DNA from: Phoronis australis
Lineage: Eukaryota; Animalia; Phoronida
Reading direction: 5' to 3'
DNA length: 63,316 nt
Assembly: GCA_002633005.1 (NCBI GenBank)
Contig: NMRA01000363.1
Span: 247,619 to 310,934 of the forward strand
The translations under genes were made by a program, and so were the position numbers. Positions 27,101 to 39,500 of this stretch are shown here, piece by piece. The stretch's first letter is position 1. Each line of letters starts with the position of its first letter. The notes under the pieces were generated by a model, which had not been told where the DNA came from, did no database searches, and saw only the letters and a program-made list of their open reading frames with translations.

Positions 27101-30100
27101 AATGTCACTTCTTTGGATGGATTTAATTTTGATAAAATTTCAACACGCCTGTTTTTTGCGTTGGGTTAATTCGAAACATGTCTCTGAAAGTGAGGCACAT
27201 TCATTGGTATATGTCAGGGCTTAGAATTTTCTTCTTTAAATAGAATATCTTCTTTTTTGGTTTCGATTTCATCTTATTTGATTTCCAGTTTCCTCTTTTG
27301 TTCTGCTCTTTTTGATCATTATTTTGAATTTATTCATGCAAAAACATTAATTTCAGTTAAATTTTACAACACAAAAATATTATTATCACACTAGCCTATT
27401 TATTTGTGGAATCACATCACTTAGACTATTTTGATTCCTCTTTTTTGTCATTGATCATTCTAAGCCCTGATAAGTGCACGCGTAAATCTTACAATGTTTT
27501 GCGATACAAAACGTTTCACTGAAGGTGAATGTAATGGTTATGCGTTCATTTGTTAAAGTGATGTTACCATCACAGGTACATAGTTGTCAGCAGTAATGCA
27601 GAAACAACAGAGCAATTAGTTATGCACCTTCTGTAGTTGTCAATCAAGTGGATGGTCTTGGAAAAAGTTTTTGCCATAATTATTTCGCAGTTTAGTCGAA
27701 CTTTTGTTGCTATAAAGTGGCAACTTGTGATAATATAATGTCACGTTATTGCCTCTTGTCGCTATTGGACAGTTTGTACAATATTAATTTTGTGGATTGA
27801 AGTATAACGTGTGTGGAGTGTCACCTGTCAAGATTTAGCCAAAACTTAAATGGGATCTTGGTGAAAAGAAATTTACATTTAGTTGCAGTTTTGTGCATTG
27901 AAACTTTGTTGAATTGTGATTTTGAAATATGTTTTAACGACTGTTGATTTCAATGTAACATGGGTTGTGTCTAGGAGAATAGTTAAAGTCCATGGTCTGT
28001 ACTAAGCAATTCATGTGAAACGTCAATGAGCATTATTTCATGAATGACTTTTTAGCTTAAAGTTTTCAGGGTACAAATCTGGTATTTTCCTCCATGTGAA
28101 CAGGTCATTATTTCTCATTGACAGCATCCTCCTCTTCATCCCTGGAGTCTGGTCTGTGCAACCTGACACAGACGGGTACTTCTGTGACGGTCCTCGCTAC
28201 CCCTTCATGTGACAGAGTGGTGGAGCCTAAAGTGGACAGCTACAACAGCCTTGATTTCAGAATTATCGTGGACAGCAAGAGTGGACCGCCTGTCACCATA
28301 ACGCTGGTGGCCTCGACAGCCCAGGAAAAGGCGGCGTGGTGTAGTGATATTAGTCAGGTGAGACCTGTTTGTCAGGACTACTTTGCCCTTACAGGATGTG
28401 AGTCTTGGACACAACGTGGTGTACAAGTAAAATTTCATTTTGTAAACTTCTCAACAAATTAAGTAACTTTTAGATTATTTTTGTCGTAAGCATGTTATTT
28501 TAGGTTCAAATGTCACTCCTCAACTTTCCTTGAAAACTGCTACTTTCATTTGTAAGTTGATGACCTCAAACTCAACATGACAGATTGTGATGAAATTTGG
28601 CACACAGTTACATGTGGTGCCTCCTGTTGGCTGTTTCAATTTTTGACTGGAAATACATGGACATCAATTTTTTTGCGAAATGGCTTGATGCATTTTGCTG
28701 AAATTTGACGTATACCGCGATTTTACAAATATAGAACCATGGGCGGATATTTGGAAAGCTGACCTTTCAAAAACGTCAAATGATACCGAATATATTTCCG
28801 AGCTTCTTTTCAGAAACGGGAGCATATTTTCCGAAATTGTATCGAACATTTTATGATGCAGTTTTTGTTAAACAAACATTAGTTCTGAAGTTTTTTGAAA
28901 TAAGCACGTCTTTATAATCTATGTAGTTGCATTTCACTTGTAAGAATTTGTCCATTACTTACTTTGCATTCAGTGCATTAAAACTGCCCTTCATACTTTG
29001 GTAACAGTACAACCAATCAGATTTTCAAAACATGCAAACAGTTACTGAAAATAAGCTCATGGTTTTACTTTTGAAAAGTTTCCGAAACTATGTCCATGGG
29101 GGTACTTTTGGATGAGCCTATATTCACAAATTCCTGGTAGATAATGGGGTGGTAATGCATGCTTAGGTGTCACTTTTGGACAAATTTGACCACCCTTAAA
29201 GTCACCCTACAGTCTGTTATAGTTTTCAACTAGAAATTTCTTATGAATTGAATATTGATGATACACTTTGCGTAAATTTTGTAGAAATTTAATGCAGACG
29301 TGTGTTGTCAGAATACAAGAGCACAAGTTGGCAAATAATTTTGAGAGGTGACGACACCTTCCCATTTATGGATGGGTTCAATGTATTCTGAGCCATCTTA
29401 ATTGCCATTTTTATGATACAAATAAATACTCCTAGAACCACACCATTTGCAGTGCATTCACTGGCACATTTCAATGCTCCACGTTACTTTTGTATGTATT
29501 GTGCACCTCCTAGAGGGCATTTTTAACAGTTCAAGTAAATTTTTGGTGTCCGCCTCTCTGTCCGCCTCTGTATTTTCGGAGGTCAGCAATGGATTTTCGT
29601 GGAATTTGGCAAATGGGTTTCTACTAAGGAGATGACGATAGTCTTCCAATTTCACAGCACTTCTCAACAGTGGTGTTGTGATTACACCGCAATTGGTTTT
29701 CTCTGACATTTGCACAGAGTTAAGCATGAAGTGTCTAAAGTACAGGTTTGATGACATTTTTGATGATTACAAAATAACTAAAAAATAATGGTAACGTGGT
29801 TTCATCTTGAAAAAAGGGCCTTTTCCCAAATGATCGTTGGTTTTAAATAGTTATGTGTCCTAACTGCTTTCATTTCATTTTTCCAGTCTGTTTTCTTTTG
29901 CTTCCTTCCGGGTTGCTATCTGTTGATTTTATTTTAGCTTGAAGTACCAAAGCAGTAGCAGATTTTGATCGTCAGTGAAACTTAGAAGTCATTTCTGTCC
30001 CAATGATCCACCTCACCTAATGCTTGGGTTTTCTCATTGACTTAGTAAGCCATAGCTAATCTTCACAACACGTGTTTCATTGCCAGCTGATAACAGAATA

Positions 30101-33100
30101 TCACAGTTTTCTGGTAAGCTGGTTACTCCTCGAATAAGGTAGTTCGACACGTCTGCTGTTGCTGGGACAGCTAAGAACAGAAAACAATGGAGGGATCTGG
30201 CGGAGGGCTACTTCCTGCAGTGGAAGGACACAGCCTAGAGCAGAGCAGAGCAGAGCAGAGTTTAGCTTGTTTGTACTGCATAGATGCCTTAAAGCAACAG
30301 TTGGTTATGTTCCCATTATTTACAGCACTGTGATCAACCTTTACATGTTTGAAAAATGACAGTTTTGACAATTAATTTTTTGCAAAGAAATTTGACAAAA
30401 TAGAGCTACACTTGTCGTCCATGTTGTGTTCTAAATAAGTGAAGGCTTGCCAGTAGAATTAACGTTCATGTCGCTGACTCCATCAAAATGACCAGTAAAG
30501 TTACCTGTCGGAATCATTAAGTTTAACTGCCGTACTCATCTACAGTATAGGCCCATCCCAAAGTCTCATGGCTTGCATGTAAACCCACCTGCTTTGAAAC
30601 AAGCTGACTCCTTCGTTAGTTTTCAGTCCGAGCATGTGTATTCCAACGGATAATGGCGGCCGTGACAAATCTCTACGAGAAAAATTGAACAATTACAAGC
30701 GTATGGATTTATACTCCAGGGCATACAATATAATCTTTGAGGTATAAAATATGTTTTGATTTACGGTAAAGTCGTGTGATTTTCAGACACTGAAAATTAA
30801 TTCCAATAGAAAAAATTCATTCTTGGACGAATCTCGCGAAATATCATTTTGTGGTGTCCGAATTTGGCAGACCTCCAAATTTGGGTTTCCGCTAGTGTCC
30901 GAATTTCGTGGGTGTACATTATTTCGATGAGCGGTCGTAGTATCAACAATGCTGGCTCGGTCATTTGATAGCAGTATAATTGCAGGTAAATGAGACTCAA
31001 ATGGTCTGAGCTATTAATTTTTGAAAATCTGGCTTCCCCAATAAGAAATGTGCGTCTTCGACGCACAAAGATCGTTCCCAACAAGTGTTGGTTCTTCTTT
31101 TCAAAGATGTGCTTTCTCAATATGAAATATTCGGCTTGCATTGCCGATGCTCAAAAACCGTTCGCGGCAAGAGACGGAATCTTTTCAAAACTGCGCTATC
31201 TCACTTGAAATATCGGCCGGGCTGCGTTATGAAGAGTCTTCCTGGTGACAAATATGGGCTTTTCAATGAGTGGGTCTGGTTTGCGTTGTTGACGCACATG
31301 AAACGTTACAGACAACCGATTCTCTTTTGTAAAAATGCGTTTTCTCAATAAAAAATGTCGAGTTTGCGCTGTCAACGCATGGTTTCCCAATAAAAAGGTG
31401 GACTTGCGTATTCGGCGCACAAAGAGNNNNNNNNNNNNNNNNNNNNNNNNNNNNNNNNNNNNNNNNNNNNNNNNNNNNNNNNNNNNNNNNNNNNNNNNNN
31501 NNNNNNNNNNNNNNNNNNNNNNNNNNNNNNNNNNNNNNNNNNNNNNNNNNNNNNNNNNNNNNNNNNNNNNNNNNNNNNNNNNNNNNNNNNNNNNNNNNNN
31601 NNNNNNNNNNNNNNNNNNNNNNNNNNNNNNNNNNNNNNNNNNNNNNNNNNNNNNNNNNNNNNNNNNNNNNNNNNNNNNNNNNNNNNNNNNNNNNNNNNNN
31701 NNNNNNNNNNNNNNNNNNNNNNNNNNNNNNNNNNNNNNNNNNNNNNNNNNNNNNNNNNNNNNNNNNNNNNNNNNNNNNNNNNNNNNNNGAGCTTCTTTTC
31801 AGAAACGGGAGCATATTTTCCGAAATTGTATCGAACATTTTATGATGCAGTTTTTGTTAAACAAACACTAGTTTTGAAGTTTTTTGAAATAAGCACGTCT
31901 TTATAATCTATGTAGTTGCATTTCACTTGTAAGAATATGTCCATTACTTACTTTGCATTCAGTGCGTTAAAACTGCCCTTCATACTTTGGTAACAGTACA
32001 ACAAATCAGATTTTTAAAACATGCAAACAGTTACTGAAAATAAGCTCATGGTTTTACTTTTGAAAAGTTTCCGAAACTATGTCCATGGGGGTACTTTTGG
32101 ATGAGCCTATATTCACAAATTCCTGTTAGATAATGGGGTGGTAATGCATGGTTAGGTGTCACTTTTGGACAAATTTGACCACCCTTAAAGTCACCCTACA
32201 TTCTGTTATTTTAGTCCTGTGCTAAACTTTTCTGTTTGTGGAACCCTTCAGGAACTTTCACATTTATTTTTAAAAATAAATTATTATTTTGATTATTATT
32301 CCACAAAATATACATAATATTTCTCAAGTCACAGTATTCCACAAAACTTGCGCAGTGCGTAATATTCCGCAAAATCTGCGTAATATTCCGCAGATTTTGC
32401 GGAATATTCCGCACTGAGTGCGGACGGAATATTCCGCAAGGCAAAAATTGAACTTCTAATTAAGAAAATGCTAATTGAGTAAATAAAAATGTAACATTGT
32501 AAACATGTTTAGGGTAAGGTATAGATTTGTTACAAACCATTTTTTATGGCCCTAAGTGGATATTAATAAGTGCGGAACCGTTCCGCACACTTTGAGACTA
32601 ATAATATTGTCTCATTTGAAAAAATATCGCCTTTTTTGTATTTTTTACCTTTTATGTATTGTGCACCTCCTAGAGGGGATTTTTAACAGTTCAAGTAAAT
32701 TTTTGGTGTCCGCCTCTCTGTCCGCCTCTGTATTTTCGGAGGTCAGCGATGGATTTTCGTGGAATTTGGCAAATGGGTTTCTACTAAGGAGATGACGATA
32801 GCACTTTCTCAACAGTGGTGTTGTGATTACACCGGAATTGGTTTTCTCTGACATTTGCACAGTGTTAAGCATGAAATGTCTAAAGTACGGGTTTGATGAC
32901 ATTTTTGAATATTACAAAATAACTAAAAAATAATGGTAACGTGGTTTCATCTTGAAAAAAGGCCTTTTCCCAAATGATCGTTGGTTTTAAATAGTTATGT
33001 GTCCTAACTGGTTTCATTTCATTTTTCCAGTCTGTTTTCTTTTGCTTCCTTCCGGGTTGCTATCTGTTGATTTTGTTTTAGCTTGAAGTGCCAAAGCAGT

Positions 33101-36100
33101 AGCAAATTTTGATTGTCAGTGAAACTTAGAAGTCATTTCTGTCCCAATGATCCACCTCACCCATTGCTTGGGTTTTCTCATTGACTTAGTAAGCCATAGC
33201 TAATCTTCACGACACGTGTTTCATTGCCAGCTGATAACAGAATATCACAGTTTTCTGGTAAGCTGGTTACTCCTCGAATAAGGTAGTTCGACACATCTGC
33301 TGTTGTTGCTCTTGTTTACCTTTTTAGCATACATTATTGGCCAACAAGTGAAAATTCATGTTGTCAAATTTCTGAACAAAAATGAAGATCAAGAAATAAT
33401 TTTCATTCATTGGCCAAGGACAGCTAAGAACAGAAAACAATGGAGGGATCTGGCAGAGGGCTACTTCCTGCAGTGGAAGGACACAGCCTAGAGCAGAGCA
33501 GAGCAGAGTTTAGCTTGTTTGTACTGCATAGATGCCTTAAAGCAACAGTTGGTTATGTTCCCATTATTTACTGCACTGTGATCAACCTTTACATGTTTGA
33601 AAAATGACAGTTTTGACAATTAATTTTTTGCAAAGAAATTTGACAAAATAGAGCTACACTTGTCGTCCATGTTGTGTTCTAAATAAGTGAAGGCTCGCCA
33701 GTAGAATTAACGTTCATGTCGCTGACTCCATCAAAATGACTAGTAATGTAAAGTTACCTGTCGCAATCATTAAGTTTAACTGCCATACTCATCTACAGTA
33801 TGTGCCCATCCCAAAGTCTCATGGCTTGCATGTATACCCACCCGCTTTGAAACAAGCTGACCCCTTCGTTAGTTTTCAGTCCACGCCACTTGGTGCTTGG
33901 TTGCAGTCGACTAGAAAATGCAAGAAGAGTTTTAACCGAGCATGTGTATTCTAACGGTTAATGGCTGCCGTGACAAGTCTCTACGAGAAAAATTGAACAA
34001 TTACAAGCGTATGGATTTATGCTCCAGGGCATACAATATAATCTTTGAGGTATAAGATATGTTTTGATTTAGGTTCCTTGATTGTAATGAAGTGGCTTTC
34101 TTTAAATCAATTTCAATTAGTCCTTACCTTCAATTCTGTGGACTGTTAGAATCATGAAATTTCCAAAATCACCATTTGATCTAGAATCACCATCAGTTAA
34201 CCTTAGGTAATTGGCAAACAAGCCTATTATATTGTTACATAATGCTGTGGTTAAGCAGATCAGTGTTCACAGTCACACCTTTATGAAACAAAGGTGATTC
34301 TCTGAGGGTCAACTGATTTTTGCTGATAGTATTTAATAAAAATCTTTTTCATGACATTTGTTTAAAGGTGGTTAGCATCAGGCACGCTGTTTAGAACATA
34401 ATTGCTGGATTATATGAGCTTTTCCGAATAATGTCACTGGACTATGTTAACATTATCTTGCTAACTTCGCCTTTGCTAGCACTGTCAAACTGTGTTCCTG
34501 CTCACAGAAATTGAGAAACTTGCCCCACAGTACGGGGGCATCATGACTTTCAGAGCATTGGGGATCTGTCATATATTGCATGTGGGAAACCAGGCTCAGT
34601 TTTGTAAGCTTGACACTGCCGGTCATTTTATGCATAATGGCCCTAAACCTGGATGACGAAATGATTGGTCTTTCCTAGCTGAGAAATAGTCTGAAAGTGA
34701 AGTAACAGTTTTATAAACTTAAGAGTTACTTGATGCCGTTTTACTTATAGGTGACGTGTTTCATTTTGCAACTTTATTCTTGAAGGATATTGCTCTGATC
34801 TGTTAAATATTTCTAATAAATTATATTTTCCTAATATCCAAGATTTACGAGAATTGGACGTCCTCTCCTAACCTGGCATTGTTACTGCAAAACTGTTTTA
34901 AGAGTTTAAAACTGTTAGGTAATGTACTTAACACAGATTATTTAAAAGTGCACACATGTGGGCTTATTAGGGTATGGTCTGATGTAACGTGCCCGAATTT
35001 GAGAACCAGTTCCACTGCAGTGAAACATCAGCATCAAACTGGTTCTCAAAATATGGGCATAGGCATGTTATATCAGACTATTGCCCTTATTGGAGTAAGG
35101 GCTGTATTATGCAATGGTTTGTGTGTTTTTCTTAATTCTATGTTAAGTTAGAATATACAGCAAATTAAGGGGCAAAAACCGGTATAAAGGGAACACCGTA
35201 AAGACACAAACCTAAGTATTCTCTGAATCTATGTTCAATCTGTTTGTCAGTGGAGATTTGTCATGGCTGCCAGCATTGGAATGCACATGGTATGTCGACC
35301 GCGCTTGCAATTTTATGGTAAGTTGGCGTTGGAAAGACTCCTGTCATTGACAATGTGGTGATGCTTTGGTAAAAATTCTCACTTGTTTAAAATACACCAT
35401 GTGTCCACCAAATATCCACCACCGTTTCTCTCCAAATCTTCAGTACAAAAGAATCTATATCAACTCAACTTGGCTCTTTTCGTTTGACTGCTCACGACTC
35501 GTGGACAGTCAGGCAGTAAAAGACAACTTATAGATGATTGAAACAAGGGCGGTGTTTGTACACCACGTCATTAGACTCCACTTACATTAGGTTATAACTA
35601 TTCAAGGCTCTGTGTTTTATTGAGTTACTATACCTTTGGGCCAAATGATCACCAGAATTGAGTCTGCAATAGTAGCAATGAATGTCGTAGCATTTTTAGT
35701 GTTTTTATTTTAATTTGTTTTTATCATAGATGGTGATTTTCTTATTGACCAAATTTTCAACAGTTGTGTAATAATGTACATACATCTTATGTGTTAACAA
35801 TGACTTTGGGTTGTTCAGCTGTTTTAAACAATGCTTGGTGGAACTTTGAATGTTAAATTTTAAATTTTGGAATTAAAGAAGTTTGCACAAAATGGCTGGC
35901 AATAATAATACAACATTTCTGTCCTCATTAGTCACCTACATTGTCTGGCACACAATACACGTGCTGTTGTTGGCATTTGGCCAGCTACTAGTTATCATGG
36001 TCTTCGTTTTCCTGTAAACTCATTAGCCACTGCACTGAGCTAAGAAGAGTTCACTTATGGGCTCAAGTGATGCCCAGTACATGTGTAGAGTAATTGTATG

Positions 36101-36445
36101 ACTGTATACTGCGTGGGCTCTGTCTCGGTTGTTCCAGATAATCTCTGTAACGACCACACTCTCCATGTTGGAGACTAATGCAGTCTGTATTGATTTTATG
36201 TCGTCCTATCGCTGAAACCACCACTGTCATTTGTCTGTTCCAGTGTGTAGAAAACTTACACTACAGTGACCTCCTCAACACATCAATGAGTGACACATCG
36301 TCAGTGACCATGCCTCAGTCCGTTAGGTGAGTAGTGGACTGGTTGTTGCCATGACAACGGGCCTGATAGGTGTGACTTGCCGGTGCACAGTGGTTTCCCT
36401 TGCTGTTATTGAAGCATGTGCAAGGTGTGTGCTGGGTCTGACTTG

Positions 36446-36534
<89 letters not shown>

Positions 36535-39500
36535 NGGCGGGGGTGTTGTAATTCCTTATCACTGTTGTATCATGTTTAGGTCTTTGTCTAACAAAATTAT
36601 AGCTGACCTGGCTATGTCCTAACATAAACTTTGAGACATAGGGAGTGTAGTTGAAACTTTGCTTTACGATTTTATTTTGACCAGTTTCATTGAAAGCTCT
36701 GTTATCTTTTAACTTGACTGTTCTTGACACTGAAGCTCATGGGCCGGTGGCCATGTTAGTATCGTGCTAGAAAAGTTGGGAATTTTGTTCAACTGCTGCT
36801 CATGGGGTTGCTTTTTGGCATTAGAAACTCTGGGTCTGTTTCATTGCACCATGTACTTTGCCAATAGATTTGCACAAGACCTGATGAAAAAAAGTCTGTT
36901 TATCGGGAACGCTCATTTGTTAGGCTCTTTGATGTGGCACAGAACGATAGTTGCAACAAACACAGTTAGACCACGCCTGCCACTGTTGCTGTCATCCAGA
37001 TCCACAATCACATGGCGTTAGTCCTGTGCAAGTGTACGTCAGCATTTCTCTAAAAATCATTGTTAGTGCTGCATACACTTCCAATGAGCAACCGCAATAT
37101 CCGACTTTATTGAACAAAGTCTACGGCAGGCATTTGAATTTGCTCAACAGACAGTGACTTTAGTAACAAGATTGAGGCCTTTTGCTGTTCACAATTGGTA
37201 TATTGCTGAATGGAAAGCAAATACAAGCCAGCGGAACAGCTGCTGTGGTCCTCAAAATAAACTTGTCAAAACTTTACTGAAGTCAGCTGCACTCTGCCAA
37301 ACATAGAAGAACTTTGTGTCAGAATTATTTGGCAGTTCAGTTGAACCATGTTTATAGAAACAGAATGTGATTTTTGCTGAGAATGGCTATAATAGTTTAA
37401 AGTGATGCTCATCGGCCTAGCCCCTAATTGTTTATTGTAAAATGGACTAATTTTGCAATGAAAGATGCTCGGATTTCGACAAAGTGCACGCCGCAACTCC
37501 TGTTGAGATTTTGTCGGAATTCAGCATGCAGATGTGTTTAGTCAAGTTTTTCCTGTCGAAACTTGGACAAATTTTGTACGTTATCCAGTTACATTGAATA
37601 CTAAATGAAGTGAGGCTAGAAAATCTTCTCTCCGAGGTAAAAAGGACTCCTCCAAAGCTGCTATAAACCTGCGTTCTGTTTGCAAAATAATTTGATTCAG
37701 ACTCTTGGTATCACTACTAAATTGTTCTCAACTTGATCTTAATTCAAATGAGAAGTGATTTTTTTACCAATTTGCAAAGAAATGACAATTTTTGTCTTGC
37801 TTGTAATGAGAACAGGCAAACCACGTGGTCTGTCACTGTGTGTCATTTTTTGTCCCTCCCCCTGTCACTGTGTGTCATTTTGTGTTCTTTCCATCTCCAA
37901 TTTTGATTTACTGAAAAGAATTGTTTGAGACCAAGTTCATAAGAGCAAGTGGTTTAATTCTAAAATTATTTTTTGTGATGGAAACCAGGTTTATAGCAAT
38001 TTTAAGGATAAGTCTTTCGATTACATTTAAGTCTTGAAAAGTTGTGCGTTTCCAAAAAGAAATTCAATCCTTAGTGGTATGAGTGCTGATGATTTTTCAA
38101 CGAACACAAGTTTCATGAATTTGGAATTACTCATCCATCATGCATTGTAGCATAGAGGTTGAATTTATGTTGATAGAATTAAATTTCAAATTTATGTAAT
38201 ATCAAGCCAACTTGGTAGCCTGCAAGACATGACATATACATCTGCCCTGAGGTGTTGCATAACCGTTAAACCAGTTCATTACTAATGCTTGTCTGGCCAT
38301 TTTATCAAGTGCACATAACTTAGTGACTTATATACTGAGACAGTCATTGACCTCTCTCAGATCACTGACACCGTTGTTGACGGCAGGGTTAAATAATTGA
38401 TCCGACATCTTTTCACATCCAGAGAAATCCTCTGCCAAAAGTTTTGGGTCAAATGCATTGTGACAAAATGAGCTTTTAGTCCTCGTCATGGTGGTTGAGC
38501 AAATTAAAACTCACCCGGTTTTCATTTTTCAAACTTAAGGCTTAACATCGTTTTGGATGTCCTCAGTTTTGCGAAATATGGTCAGGTGGTAATTGGGGTA
38601 CAGAGATTGAAAACGGAAAAGCGTTGATTTGGTGCTTCCTATCTTTCATGAAAAAGATGAGGTGATGAAAAGTGGTGTTTTCGCCACATTTTGTCCTAAA
38701 TTGATAACATTTTTACCGTAGGTCTGTTACTCAAAGGGTTATTGAATATTCGAGTTCATGTAATGTGGCAAATTTTGTAGATTATGAATGTATGAAAGTC
38801 TTGCACAAGAATTATGTTACAGAGAGAGGGGTTTCATGTAGCAGACGTTTTGACTTATGGTTGATGATATCAAATTTTCGACCTCCGCGTTACGTCTCTG
38901 AGGTCATGGTAAAGGTTCTTTTCTTTTTTCTTTATGTCTTTATGGGGTTTTACGATGATGAAGTGTGTCATTCATTTACTCAGGAATCCAGATGAACATA
39001 TTTAGAGACATTTTGACTTGTTATTGAAAGCTTCCAACAAATGTGTTCTTACTGACTTAGCAGAGCGTAATGTACAAAACTAGGCGTAGTGATTCCATGT
39101 TGGTGCCTTAGGCCGAATGTCATCGGTAGGGTTAAGTTTCTTGAAACGCATCAAAAATAATGGCAAAAATTGTCAATTTTATGGTTGTTCAAATGCATAC
39201 TGTATTTGTTTTTGTTTATGACAGCGGTACTATATAAATTTTCAAATAATCAAGTAAATTTGTCTTCTTGCTTGCTCTTGTTTAAATTTTAGGTATAAAT
39301 TTTTACTGTTCCGCCAAATTGCGTTCTAATTTAAAGAACTCCTGGTACTAAGCCCCGAAAAACGACCTTTTTAAAAGGTATTGACAAATGTGTGGTTTAG
39401 CTGATCTGCTGAAACAACTGGTAGAGTAAGTGGAAATGAGGTTGATATTATTACTTGTGCATGCATTTTTATTGAAGTAACTCAGTATGTGCCTGTTACA

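Noticed and set aside
31263-31871. Long ORFs of 178-191 aa
   Set aside because: Artefacts of reading through the N gap.
36323-36730. HT/CV-repeat ORFs
   Set aside because: Translation of the (TG)n microsatellite.
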